The notes under the pieces are model-generated. The model was not told where the DNA came from. It worked only from the letters and a program-made list of their open reading frames with translations, and ran no database searches. The translations under genes and the position numbers were made by a program. Shown piece after piece: positions 1 to 13,600 of a stretch of DNA of 64,000 bases. The stretch comes from Balanoglossus misakiensis (lineage: Eukaryota; Animalia; Hemichordata): positions 2,312,247 through 2,376,246 of the forward strand of contig CM082594.2 of the NCBI GenBank assembly GCA_040954595.2, in the 5' to 3' direction. The first letter of the stretch is position 1, and each line of letters opens with the position of its first letter.

Positions 1-204
1 GATTTAAAAAGAAAGGATGGTAGACACGTGTGGTTGACATTTTCGCGAGAGTGTCAATAGGTTTACTTTCTATTCTTTCGGGAAATCAATAGGGATCCCT
101 TTTATGACATGGGTGACTAAATGTCAAAAATTATCGCATGGCTTCGTTATATGTCGTTCAAGTCTTTATCTTCATGTGTTTGTTTCAAATAAATATGACA
201 ACCG

Positions 205-2175
205 GTGAAATCCCAGAGAATAACATTTTTCTACTCTTTTTTTGGGGTCACACAGGCTCTACACTCCACCGACAACTCAGAAGTAGAAAGCGAACTTCAT
301 TCAAGCGGAAACAATCCTTTCGAAAACGACATACATGTACATGTACCTGAAAGAGTGGTGCATACACGAAGTATCGAAACGCAGACAGATGCAGTGATCA
401 TTTTATCACCGGAACAGCTTTCTTCGCCAGTTCAACAAAACGCCAACAGTGATGCCAGTGAACCACCCCAAAAGAAGTCTAAATACGATGCAGTAAGTTT
501 TTCATCACCGCGTAAAACATCGTCGAACTCCATAAACCACTCCACACCGATGAAAGGTATGAACGACACACTTGACACCTCCGAGTTTGACAGCCCTTCC
601 AGTACACCAGCATCAAGACAACAGAATATCCAGCGTGATCCAGACTACGAACCAGGCAGTGAGAGTGAAACAGAGTCAGAATCAGAACTTGAGACTACAG
701 ACTTTATACATGAACACAAATACATCGTCTTTGAAAGTTGTCTTGATGAGCTCTGTAATCAGCTAAAATGTTCTGAGTGTAACGCACCGGTTGACGAATG
801 TGACAAAGTGATAACCGGTTCTTCTTTGTCTGTATCTTTGTATTGTTTGAATGGCCACCTGATTTATCACTGGAGGTCACAGCCTGTTATAGGTAAAATG
901 CCGGTGGGAAATTTGCTTGCGTCGAGTGCTATCCTTTTCAGTGGGCAAACTTTCCAGCGTATATCTAATTTCACTGATCTTCTAAATTTGAAGTTTGTTG
1001 GAAAAACAACTTATCAACAAATTCAAAATGAGTATGTTATACCTGAAATAGAAAGTACCTGGAAAACAGAACAGGGAGAGGTGTTTGAATCGTTACGTGG
1101 AAAGCACATCAAAACAATAGGTGACGGTAGATGTGACTGTCCCGGTTACAATGCGAAGTATAGTTCTTATACGATGATGGATTCCGTGTCGAAGAAAGTT
1201 GTAGATTTTACACTTGTACAAGTGAGTGAGGTGTCTTCATCTGTTGCCATGGAGAAAGAGGGTTTCCAGCGAGTCATGGAAAATATGGTTGCCAATGGTA
1301 TTGAACCCAGCACAGTCGCTACTGACAGACATGTGGGAATTAGAAGTGTCATGAAAAAGAAATATGCGCATATTTCCCATCAGTTCGATGTTTGGCATCT
1401 TGAAAAATCGGTCAAGAAAAAGATCATGGAAAGGGCTAAAACAAAGAAATGTAGTCAGTTGCTGGACTGGGTGAAGGCCATTGGCCATCATTTATGGTTT
1501 TGTGCCAGTCAATGTAATGGTAACAAAGAACTGCTTGTGGAGATGTGGCAATCGATTTTGAGACATATTACAAACAAGCATTCTTGGTCAGGTTGTAAGC
1601 ATTACAACAAATGTGCGCATGCCAGATTACCACGACGCACTAAAAAGAAATGGCTAAAACCAACATCAGCTGCTTACATGGCATTAAAAGAAATCATCAT
1701 GGATAAGCGTCTCCTGAAAGACATCCAGCAAATTAGCGAATTTTGTCACACGGGGGCCCTTGAAGTGTATCGCTCCATGCTGAGGAAATATGCACCCAAA
1801 CGTCAGGAGTTTGATTACAAGCAGATGGTTGCTAGACTTCAACTAGCTGCTCTTGATAACAACAAGAATGTAGCGAGGAAGCAGGCTGTAATCAAAAAAC
1901 CCTGTCGTAATACCGGTAGTTTGGGGGAGTTGCGGTACAAGAGTGTTTATCATAAGGGCAGTGGAAAATGGGTCGCTCGACCAGTGTTTGAAGGTAAAAG
2001 TTATACCTATCTGTATGAGATGATGGAAAGAGTTGTACAGAAAAAAATGAAACCCATCATATCAACAGTTGAGGCCGATCAGGTTGTAGCAAGGCTTCCG
2101 AAAAACATAGCCAAGCTACCAAAGCCCTCAAAGAAATCACTTGTAGAAAAACATGTGTGTCGATTCGGTGGGTGA
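205..2175 (+). CDS. Kolobok-superfamily DDE transposase (main or last coding exon; probable splice acceptor near 255, N-terminal exons probably outside the window)
   Basis: Uninterrupted 656-aa ORF with CxxC/CxxxH Zn motif (CSEC...CLNGH), GDGRCDCPGYNAKY, TDRHVGI, HQFDVWH and TGALEVY catalytic-type motifs. Poly-pyrimidine tract plus CAG at ~225-255. Convergent with a KolX-like gene. Confidence 0.82.
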   Translation: MKSQRITFFYSFFGVTQALHSTDNSEVESELHSSGNNPFENDIHVHVPERVVHTRSIETQTDAVIILSPEQLSSPVQQNANSDASEPPQKKSKYDAVSFSSPRKTSSNSINHSTPMKGMNDTLDTSEFDSPSSTPASRQQNIQRDPDYEPGSESETESESELETTDFIHEHKYIVFESCLDELCNQLKCSECNAPVDECDKVITGSSLSVSLYCLNGHLIYHWRSQPVIGKMPVGNLLASSAILFSGQTFQRISNFTDLLNLKFVGKTTYQQIQNEYVIPEIESTWKTEQGEVFESLRGKHIKTIGDGRCDCPGYNAKYSSYTMMDSVSKKVVDFTLVQVSEVSSSVAMEKEGFQRVMENMVANGIEPSTVATDRHVGIRSVMKKKYAHISHQFDVWHLEKSVKKKIMERAKTKKCSQLLDWVKAIGHHLWFCASQCNGNKELLVEMWQSILRHITNKHSWSGCKHYNKCAHARLPRRTKKKWLKPTSAAYMALKEIIMDKRLLKDIQQISEFCHTGALEVYRSMLRKYAPKRQEFDYKQMVARLQLAALDNNKNVARKQAVIKKPCRNTGSLGELRYKSVYHKGSGKWVARPVFEGKSYTYLYEMMERVVQKKMKPIISTVEADQVVARLPKNIAKLPKPSKKSLVEKHVCRFGG

Positions 2176-2358
2176 AAATGCCGGGGAATTGGCGAGTAAA
2201 GCAGCTTGGTCATCAATGTGTAAGGGAAAGTGTTAATTTATTCAACAGAGATTACACATAAATGTACAAAACCACAGACGAGCTGTTGAGTTCAAAGTAA
2301 AATACAGCGATTCTTTCACACATGTAAATTGTAAATATTGTAAATAAAACGTTCACAT

Positions 2359-3251
2359 CTATTCAAAAGAGACAGCTTCTTGTATTTCTTTGTAACCGGT
2401 GTATCTGCCATTTGCATCTGGAAAGCGTTCCCTAATCATCTTCACCACACATGATGGTAGAACTCGTCTGTTGTGTTTCCCAAGTCTTTCTCCTCGATAG
2501 GACCACAAAAGAAACTGACGGTACGCCATCAAACGTGACTGCCTGTTGTGATAGAAAAGACGTAAGAAAGAGGTTAGAGTAAAAAATAATGCTCTCGACC
2601 CGGTCGCGATTTTTTGCTGTATTCAACATAGAACCAGTAGGTCTCTACCAGATTGTATTCAGTTTCGTCGTCCGACGCAGCCTCACGTATAAACCGAAAT
2701 TTTCATCGACCATCCCTTTTATATGAAACTTGACCTGTCGTAGGTACGAACGTACACGAAAATATCAATCAAAATTGGATGAAATAACATTGTTTTGCAT
2801 TCTGCGGTAAAATAGTTATTAGGCCTACATGCAGTTGGCGTTACCTGTCGATGAGTTCATCGGGTGCGAATCCCTTTCGCCGCTTGTAGAGGTGAAACTG
2901 AACGTATGCAGTGTTCAGGACAATCGGATTCAGGCACACTGTGGAAATGTCTTCGGAGTCTGTTATGCACTTCAGTCGCTCTAACGGCCCTGTCAAGACA
3001 TCTATTTCATGGCAACATCGGCATTCCTTGACAGTAGACATAACTTCGCATTTACCGCAGCTACACCATGAGCGTGATGAAAGACGAAGCCTATCACCAG
3101 TAGACAATATGGGCACCTCTTCTCGATCGTCTTCGCTGTCTACACTTGCCTCTGTACTATTGGAATCAGTTTCACTTGATTCACCTAACATCTCATTGCT
3201 GCTGTATTCGGGTTCGTACAAAAATCCGACGATATCTTCGTTTGACTCCAT
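2359..3251 (-). CDS. KolX-like / P2X7 cytoplasmic ballast (nanor-like) Cys-rich Zn-binding protein; two exons 3251-2845 and 2542-2359
   Basis: Exon 1 encodes WCSCGKC...ECRCCHE...CIT...VCLN. A GT-AG intron (2844-2543) joins in frame to RQSRLMAYRQFLLWSYRGERLGKHNRRVLPSCVVKMIRERFPDANGRYTGY, matching the P2X7 ballast pattern (YRxxAYRQ..W..LG..R..LPSC.V..IR..FP..G.Y.G). Stop TAG at 2361-2359. Confidence 0.82.
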
Positions 3252-4686
3252 TTCGCGATCCGCGGGCTTGGTGATCGACTCGGTTGCTCAGCTATAGAGA
3301 CGTTGCGTGACCTTTGACCTACTAGCAGACAGCTTTTCGGGCGTAGTTGGTGACGTCACACTGCATATCGAGATCGACGCTACACTGCTGCGCGATAAGT
3401 GAAAGTGAATAAAATCGACGCAAATCACTCATGTTTTTCACAAAGATTTTATTAGAACCTCTCTCCAAGGAAGGTGTCGGTTCGCTTTAATTGACCTGCA
3501 TCTGTGCAAATTTGAAATCACTTGCTGCTAAGCTAGCCTTCTGCCCTCCACAAGAGAAATTACAGTGTCAAGGACACTGTGGTCCCATTTGGGGATTACA
3601 TGGAAGTAGGTATACACCGGAATTAAAATCACAGGCGACATTGGCAAGCAGATATGACCCAACCATAAATAAATAATATGGAAATCCCAATGTAAAACAA
3701 TTAACCAGGAACATAGCACCAAATAAAGTGTCACATCTCATGTGTCATAGCAATCTTACAAGCAGTGCTAGAAAAAGTGATTTATGACCAAAAACTCTCT
3801 ATAAAAACTCATGACAAGCAACTTCTTTCAATCAGCCCTGGGACAGACAGACAGACAGAGACACTCACTGACCTAACACTAGTCAATAATAAAATAGCTT
3901 GTGCACTGTACTAGAAATATCCCATGATTCAATCTGATTTGTACCAACAGAAATTCCTCGGTCAAACCAGGCATAGTTCAAATGTGTAGAGAGAATAGTA
4001 GACCACTAAATTAAATGCAAATTTTGAGAGCATACTTTTAAGGCGAATCTTATTGTCAATAACCATTTCAAATGATTTTTAAAATGATGCATTATTGAGA
4101 GAGGAGATATGAATTTTATAAAAATAATTAAGCAATTGCATAGCCAGCCATACAACAAAGTTTGAAGTAAAACAGGGACACTTGAAATACCTGTTTAATC
4201 AAACAAAAAGATTTGATTTTTATCCATTGACAGACCAATGGAAATTTACATGTTAACTTTCAACAGAGACTGGCCACCTCAGTTAGTCATTTGCTTGTTT
4301 CCTCCAAAGTGTGACATTTGCAGTTCATGAATACTTTGATTCCTATGGCTTTTAAATTTTGATTATGAGATTTTCACTCTAATTCCTCAACGTACTTTTC
4401 CTAGATAAAAATAAATAAATTTATATCTACTTCATATCATTTTTAGTATGTAAAACAGAAAAAAGTTATTAAATGGGCAACCTTCGATGATACAAATCAT
4501 GGAGAATTGTGGGTAAAATATTGTACTATGTTGTGGTCTCGGTAAAAGTTGGCCTATTAAAGTAGATAAAGTACAGTGAGTCTCAGTAGGGGGGAACCAA
4601 TTCGTTGTAAAGAGTAACTTTCAAAGCAACATTTCAATGAACACTTCACCAGTAACATAATATAAAGTTTTCATAAAAAGACTCAC

Positions 4687-7600
4687 CAGTAATTTGAGCA
4701 GCATGTGCAGTATGTATTACGTATTGATGCTTCATTTTGATGTGGCTTGTCAGATCACATGACGGGATTTCCAAAAGTGTGACGTGAATAGCATTATCAT
4801 CACCACCACTGGCAATCATGAAGGTATTTTCTATTTTGGAGAACAACATAATATGTACAAAAATGGTATGTATGTGAAAATTCATGCATTTCATATTACT
4901 TATTTCACCATCAACCTCAGTCACCACAAAAGTGGTCCTCTTAAGTTTAATTTCCACACACATCTGTTCTGTTAAAGGGACAAAGTCTCTCTCTCACAAT
5001 CCTTTTTCCAATAATTATGTTTGATACAATACACCGTTTTAATATGTTAATGTACATGTAGATATATAGTGAATCAACGTTCGACCACACACAACTTCCA
5101 TCCTGTTTGTAGGATATGAGAGTAAAAAATCTCACCAAAATGAATAAATGGAAAACACTGATTATTATTTTGGCGAGTTTTTCACTCTCATGTGTACAAT
5201 TGGGATGGAAGTTATGTGTGGTTGAACGTTGATTCACTATATATTCACATGTAGAATAACATAAACGGTGTCTTGTATCAAACATGATTATTGGAAAAAG
5301 GGCTGTGAGAGAGAGACTTTGCCCCTTTAATTGTCAATTAGACATTGTTTGAGGCGAGATATAACAGGTTACAGTGTGGGTCAGAAAGGTAAAGATTCTG
5401 TCATGATTTGATTACCCTATGGACCTGCATAACAAATTTCGAGGACAAGCAGTTTCAGATAAGATTATTTTTTACAAAAAATCCGCAAAAATTGCCCCAA
5501 AACTACACATATGCAAATTTCACCACAATTTAATCATATGCTTAGATTGACCCCTAGGAACTTGCATAAATAAGAATTTATTTTATTTCTATTGGGGGGG
5601 GGGGGTGTGGGAGGGGGGTTCATCGTATTTTTGTCACCATTATAAAATCTACGCTTAATATTTTTTTTTATTTTCAACAATTTTCAGATTGTCTCTTTAA
5701 TATTTGGTATGATAATCACACATCATTTCCACTGTTAATTTAAGCGCAGAAATTGCCTTAAAATACATCAAATCACTTTCAGGGGAAAAATGTCAGTCAC
5801 AACACAAATTGTTGAGACAGGATATTAAAGATGGTTCAGTTTCGGACATCTTCAAAAGACCAGGATGGACTACAAAAGAGTTTGGTTGCTATAGCAATCT
5901 TGATTTATTGCAAATGCGTGAAAATTTCTGTCCCAAATTCAATAAATACTTCATGCTTACAAAAATGACCTGATAGTGCAAAACACCAGAAATAAAATTA
6001 AACTTTTGACACTGTATGCAGAATTTTGTTTAAAAATGATCAAGGCACATTCTTCCTCAGTTTTCTTGAAAGTATGACAACATTTGCAATATATTTTAGG
6101 TGGGGGGGGGGGAGAACAATTTATGTAAATTTTCACATTATCTTCCAAAATGGATTAGAAAGTTTTGATATTTGAAATTTACAGCACTAAAGTGACACAG
6201 GGATATTGCATAATGCTTTACAGTGGAATTGACAATTGATTTCCCGGGTCTAGATATGCAGGTCTTCATAGTAATCCTGAATAGACATTAGAGCAGCTAG
6301 TCTGGTCCCCTGCCCCATTCCCACCGCTGGCTGCGCTACGCTAAAGGGAAAGGGGTCAGGCATGGGCCGCCATCTTGGCCAAAAACCTGGCCAGCATATT
6401 ATAATGAACCAAAGACCACGTGATCATAAACAAGATGGATGCCTCCAATGTCCGTACACCAATGAGAGCCATGTTTTCAAAAGCCTATGCCTGACCCTTT
6501 CCTTTTAGCGTAGTGCAGTCAGCGGTGGGAATGGGGCAGGGGACCAGACTATAGAGCAGCTAACGCTGAAACCTTCTTGTTTTCTGTATCTCATATGTAC
6601 ATTTACACTTTATTGAAACTTACCCATTAAGAACTGTACTGCAATTGAATTGACACCCGACTGATGCGTCTTCCAATCATAAACTGGCATGGGCAAAGAC
6701 ATTTTCTTCCAAGCGACGGCTAAGTGACAATCATTTTCTAATCTGTCTTGACACTTGATACATACTTGGTCAGCATCACTTTCATCACCATCCTGGATGT
6801 GGCTATTTCTTGATGTGTTTTCGGTCATTTCTCCAGCAACATTGTCCTGGTTGGTATCCTCCAAATCATTATCATCCTCAGTAATACACTGTTCACATAA
6901 TACTTTGTGGGAGAGATGTTTACTATGTTCCTTGGTGATAGGCAGAGTATTCCAGCATGCTAATCTGCCATCAGTGCCTCCAGTAATCAGCAGGATTGGT
7001 CGGGTGGTGTCTCCTCTTGAGGCAGATGTCTTACCACTGAGGTCACAATGAGTAGCAACCAACTGACAATGGTCATACCATGAACTCTCCCCAAGGAGAC
7101 AGAACTTTAGGTATTCAAGGTCAAATGAAAATAACCTAAAAAAAGAACAGATGAGATGAAAGAAAATGTAAATGTACAAAAGATGTATGTATGTTAATCT
7201 GATTGAATCAGATTTATGTGTGTATGTATGTATGTATGTATGTATGTATGTATGTATGTATGTATGTATGTATGTATGTATGTATGTATGTATGTATGTA
7301 TGTATGTATGTATGTATGTATGTATGTATGTATGTATGTATATGTATGTGTATGCGTGTGTGTGTACAAAATATTTCTTTCTGTGATTTGCCTTAATGTT
7401 TATGCTAAAGGAAAATTCCCATCAATCGGGTGGTATAAATAAGAAATCAACAATTTACAATCATGGAATACATATCACTGATCTCAATATAAATTGCAAG
7501 GTTACGTTCACAATCTGTAAACCCACACAATCACAAAGACACACACACACACAATGAAGACAATTCTGTCCACCAGCAGTGCCACCAAACTCATTATATT

Positions 7601-10600
7601 TCTGAACAGATACAATCATAGAATTCATGTGTGCCAGAGGAGTTTTAAATGAAGCAATACGTAAAATTTGCATCCGTATAAATCATTGACATTGCCAGGA
7701 AAAAGACACTGTGAAATCACTTTTTTTGTCAATGAGGACACGGTCCCTGCTGCTGACTGGCTAGTAATGAGGAAGACCAATTATGGCATATAATTAACCC
7801 GGGATGGTAATTACTTTGATTGATATTAACATTACAAAGATATGCAGTAAATTTCTGGTGTCCTCAAAATGGATCATAACAATAAAAATCACAAACCTCA
7901 GGCATGCATCTGAACTTGTAACAGCTAGGTAATACAGTTTAGTTGACATTCCTTTCCAAACTGTCATCGACATATGTCTTGTATCATTATCAGCATCATC
8001 CTCTTCCCATTCACGAATCGCTCGACCATTACCAGTCGCACCATAGGAACTAAGCAGTTCTATAGAACAATCTAATGGAATTGAACATTCCATTGTTTGT
8101 GCTTCCCCATCTCTTGACTTCACCATAATTTTCCAACAGTTCAATGCTGCTCTCCCTCCAGCGGAAAATAAAAGTTTGCTGACTGGCGAAGTTTCAACAT
8201 CCGTGGGAAGATTGACGGCTTGCAGTGTCTTCACACAGGAGATGTGCGAATGCAAACATTTCAAAACGTTCTGATGAATCATATTATTATTCTCTGATTC
8301 AACTGTGTTAAGGATTTACAAGCTATATAGTCAATGAAACAACTTGGAATACATAGTAAGACTAGACAATCACAAATTATCTTTTTTTAACTTTCATAAC
8401 ATGCAGTATGCAGGAATGCCTTCTCAGTGAGTAATTTAGGTATATGTATTAATTTGGTTGTTTTGGCTTTCATAGTCTTCAGATATGATGTTTGGAATTT
8501 TGCATATAAATTGGAAAAGTTTACAAATACCCTGTTGTCCTATACCACCTGAAAACTTTCATTATTTACAAATAAAGCATGTGATTTGTGTCACTTGACC
8601 TCATTGTGTGATTTGTATCTTGTGCACATCGGTGTTCACATCAGAGTGTTATTAAACAACTAAGTCATCTTTTGTGCCACATTCCCAACTGCCAATTATA
8701 TTAAAGGGACAAAGTCTCTCTTTCGCTACCCTTTTTTCCATTAATTATATTTGATAAGAGACAACGTTTGTTATTCTACATGTGGATATATAGTGAATGA
8801 ACGTTTAACCACACACAACTTCCATCCCTCTTATAGACAGGAGAGTGAAAAACTCGCCAAAATGAATAATCGTTCTTTACCATTTATTCATTTTGGGCGA
8901 GTTTTTACTCTCATATCCTACAAACGAGATGGAAGTTGTGTGTGGTCGAATGTTGATTCACCATATATCCACATGTAGAATAACATAAACGGCGTTTTGT
9001 ATCAAACATAATCAATGGAAAAAGGCATGCGAGACAGAGACTTTGTCCCTTTAAAGCTCCATTAGCTGCAACTTTTCACTGTTTTCAGTAGTTTAATATC
9101 TACTGCAGACACTGGTTCAAATTCCTCAAACATGATGAAATGCTCAGCATCTATATGCAGCTAATCAACACAACAAATTTGTGTAAAGTCAACACTGAGT
9201 ACTTGTTTGCCACTAGAACATTACGTGAGAAAACCTCGAAGACACACACTGCATGGTCTCAGAAACAAATAAAACTTGATTCACAAGTTTCTATTACAGA
9301 AACAACCAAGAAGAAGTCATATTCAAGTAAATACAAAAAGGTATCACAAGCAGGATATATTGCTTGCAAGACCATATTTCAAAAGATACCTGTGATGGTG
9401 ATGATGTTTATCGTTGTGTCTTCACTTGCTGTAGCTATGATATGGTGTTGCACCACTGGAAACATCTGAATGGTACCAAGATAACAGGCACTTGTAATTT
9501 CTCTCCAATGAAAACTCTCCTGCAAAGAGAAATGTATAGCAATTTGTGACCTTCACAAAAAGAATTTATGTAATTATGTTAATATATGTATATATACACA
9601 CACACACACACACAAACAACCAACCAAACGAACAAACAAACAAACACAATGTAAGAATTAAAGCTGCAAGCAGCATTGAAGGGGCCCAAGCATAGAGATA
9701 ATAACCATTAGACTCCATTCAGGGTTATACCATTCAAATGCGTAGGCTGTATTTGCTCTGGATGTGGAGATATGGGGAAGTAGGCAACCACCCGAAATGG
9801 GTGTCCTACAAGTACAAACACAACAACCAAAAGTGAACTTCTACGTTATGTAAGTACTTCAGTAAGTACTTCAAAGGTCAGCTGGGGGTACCCAAAATTG
9901 GACCAAAAATTTGGATTCCTATTTGGTTCATTTTCAAGACACTGGAAAATCCTCGCCCTTTGGGTTTGTAAAATTAGGTATGGCCATAATAATACGCAAG
10001 TAAGTTACAGGTGGCCCCAGGAATTTAGCATTTCATGACGGTCTTACCCTACCCCTCCAAACACCTGCCTATATATAGACCCGCCAATGAGTATTTACGC
10101 ACCTTGAAAATGTACGTTTGACATGAAAAATTATTCACAAAATCGATCGACTGTAACTTATTTCCGAGAATAAATAACCTACGGAAGGTTTAACCCATTT
10201 TAGTCAACACAGATGTGTTGCCGCGCCGAATTTGACTGTATACGCGGCGAGTTTTTCGGCCAGTGAAATTTCCTATGGTTATTGCAATGGCGGTATACTC
10301 ATTAACATATCATTTGCATCTCATTAACTTTTCGCGCCATTGTGTCCGTGGCTAATTTCCCTCTATTCATATTTAAATCTCCACCAATCAGAGCTTTCAA
10401 ATATAATTCCGATTAAATTTGGGGGCGGGAAAATCTGCCAGACTTGCTTATGAATATTCTGATCGAGGTCGTCGGAGGTTGCTGCATAATTTTTGTTTGT
10501 AAACATAGAATAAGTGATATCATGCTTAAAGTTCGCGAACTTCCTGAATTTGTGAAAGGTCAAATTGAGGCACTGCATAGGCAAGGTTTGAGAAACCGAG

Positions 10601-13600
10601 AAATTGCAAGGCAGCTTGGAATCACCGAAGGCAGCGTCAGGTACAACATTCGGAAACTTGTTCGAAATGGTAGCACGGACAATTTACATCGATCTGGACG
10701 GCCAAGGCGAACAACTGAACGTGAAGCTGAATATTGATTAGATCAAGTCTGACGGACAGATTCAAGACGGCCCGTGACCTCTGTGCTAAATTTCATGAGG
10801 ATACCGGGAAACTTTTGAGTCTGAGCACCATCAAATCCCGATTATCTAGACTCCGCGGATGTGTGGCCAAGAAAAAGCCGAAATTGCGGTTTCAAGTCGT
10901 TTCGGCCCCAAAGTTTTATAGCCCCAGTTGCTTCGGCCCCCATTTTTCACGACCCCAGTCGATCGGCACTTACCTGCAGCCTTGAGTTACATATAGTAAA
11001 ATGTAAGTATTTTTCCTTAGACCGTTATAAAAGTAATAGTGGTAACGCTAGCAAAGTAAAACTCAAGCAGACGGAATTGGGAAAGTGCAAATTCATACCA
11101 GCGATAAACACAATCGATGGCAACCATCTGATATCGTTCATTATGTAAAATATGCTCCACATGCACATCACACTTTAAGTTTAACGTATTCGTAAGGAAG
11201 AAATACAAAATTCGTATAACTTTCAGCTTTAAATGCAGCGTTTTTGTTGGGTTATTAGTAACAACTTACGCTTGGGGGCTGCGTTGGTAAGTGCCGAAAC
11301 GACTGGGGACGTAAAACTCTGGTGCCGAAACGACCTGTTCCCGAAATTACATCCCCGGCACATCACAGCGCGACTACGTTTCGCCCGGCGTTACGTCAAC
11401 TGGACACCTGTTCAGTGGTCCCAGGTTGTTTGGTCGGATGAGTCCAAGTTCACCGTGTTTAGGAGCCGAGGGAGAGTTTTCGTTAGAAGGCGACCCGGCG
11501 AGGAGTACGAAATTGAATGACAGTCCCACAGTAAAGTTTGATGGTGGCAGTGTTATGTTGTGGGGTTTTTTCACGGCTGCAGGTGTTGGTTCGCTCGTTC
11601 GAGTCGAGAACACCATGAATCGCTGGAAGTACTTAGACATTTTACAAAACGAAATGCTACCATCGGCTTTGAGACTCGTCGGGCCCGATTTTGTGTTCCA
11701 GCAGGATAATGCCCCCGTACATACTGCCTTGGATGTGAAATCATTTCTACAAAATCCCCAGGATTACGGCTATCCTTTTGATAATTTTACTACGTTGGAG
11801 TGGCCAGCCCAGTCTCCAGATTTGAGCCCCATCGAGAACCTGTGGGAGTTAATCGACTTGGACGTTCATTCCTGTCCAATTCATAGCATCGACGACCTTT
11901 TTAACCGCATAGTAACATCTTGAGAACAATTCCAGCAAAATATGTGTCACAAACTCGTCGACACTATGCCGAAGCGCCTGCGAGAGGTCATCAGGAGAAG
12001 GGGTGGACATACCCATTATTGACAGTTGGTTCGATCGATTCCGCCTCATAATTATACATGACGTTCTTTTCATTGTTGTTCCCATAGAGAATGGAACGTT
12101 TCGCCGACTCCGTCGCATCTATATTTACGTCATTATTTCTCACTCAAATTTAATCGCACATGAAAGATTTTTGCTGTACTACTGTTATTTCTCGTGAATT
12201 TATTAAATATTTTTGAATTTTCGCTAAAAACTGTCTACAAGGTGTGTTATTTCATGTTTCTGACTGCGGAACGTGGGTGCGTAAATACTTATTGGCGGGT
12301 CTGTATGATGTGCATGCTAACATATGGAAAGCAGGTCAATGGACACCTGAGGTCACCCAAAAATTTGACAAAAAATTGTCATTCCTGTTTATGTCATGTG
12401 CAACAAATCCTACATTTGCAGCCCTTTCACTTTGCCTACCATTAGGTATGCACGTAATACATGAATCTAGCAGGTGTCACAGGTATCCCCCTGTATTTGG
12501 CATTTCATGATAGTTTCATCCCCCCAAATACCAAAGCTGCACCTGTACAACGTGCTGAGATATGGCACTCTACGACAGAGGTCATCCAAATCACCTTATA
12601 CAATATTACAAATTCAAAGTGCAGGTGCACCAGTACTCATGGGCCCCAACCACCGTGCCAAGTTTCATAAGCGCAGGGGCAAGGGTTTCTGAGAAAAGTA
12701 CAGCCGAAAAAACGACTCAAGAAGAAAGAAGGAAAACTCCAGCAATAACAGAATATATTTGTAAAAAATTATCGAAAAATAGAAGTGACTATTGTGTTCA
12801 TCTTGAAACAACGCACAGAATCAAATAAAGGCAAAAGCCAGGTTAGAAACCAGTCTCAATGGAAATGCACACACTGCTGTAAGCTATGGTAAATTCTCTT
12901 TAAAGGCACATGAGCTGCAACTGGATAAAAAAATTAAAGTTTTAAATAATCTCATTTATTACACCTCACTCTGTATTCCGTCCTATTGATTGGCTGAGAC
13001 CATACCACGTGACATAGAAAAAAACCTGATATTACATGGTTGACAGAGTCTATGGCCCGTAGGTAGGGGCTACGGGCCGGGGATACGCGCGCGCTGAGAG
13101 TATATTGCAGGCTGAGAACAGGTTTTAGGTTCTGCGCATCTTTTCTGCGCATAACAAACTGTCGTTCAATGGCTTCCTTCACGATCAGTCAACTCCCGCA
13201 TATATGGCTTCAAAGCGACACACAGGATTAACAGCTGTTGAACTGGACGATATTTTACCGCAAACGGACAGTAAATACACCGAAGTCGCAACCAACAGCG
13301 CGGTTTCCTCAAGATTATCTGAGTTCGAAGTAGGTACGGTGAGATATTTTAGTTCGCTGCAACCTGCAATGTACGACATGGACGCAACCCTCTATGCTGT
13401 ATGTATGGTCAAATGTTCGGTATAATAAAATTAATAACACATGTCATGCTCGGACAATATCATGATCTTTGGCCTGCCCTCGGGCTGGTGATCTCTGACC
13501 ATAATATTGATGATATTGCCCTCGCTAACATGTGTTATTATTTAAATATGCTTTTAATCATGTCTATTAAATGATATTTCATGATAATATATCAAGCTCA

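Larger units (their letters stand above)
1..3486 (+). mobile_element. Autonomous Kolobok DNA transposon (right part; left end outside the window), lying in a WDR6 intron
   Basis: Convergent transposase and KolX genes. Right end reads ...GTCGGTTCGCT followed by TTAA (3487-3490). Subterminal GACGTCA and AAGTGAAAGTGAAT motifs are shared with the non-autonomous element at 27974-29128. Confidence 0.75.
10076..12303 (+). mobile_element. Tc1/mariner DNA transposon (decayed)
   Basis: ~28-bp TIR (C/T)AGACCCGCCAAT(G/A)AGTATTTACGCACC and TA duplication. The empty site CTATATATGATG is visible in the sister repeat at ~23341. Confidence 0.9.
9658..12753 (-). mobile_element. Helentron-like non-autonomous element (truncated copy) interrupted by a Tc1 element
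   Basis: 9658-10075 and 12304-12753 align with the element at 22914-24960; this copy lacks the large terminal hairpin. Confidence 0.6.

Noticed and set aside
7172-7442. ORFs encoding MYVC repeats (also 42670-42998 and 17308-17573)
   Set aside because: These are translations of microsatellites, not genes.
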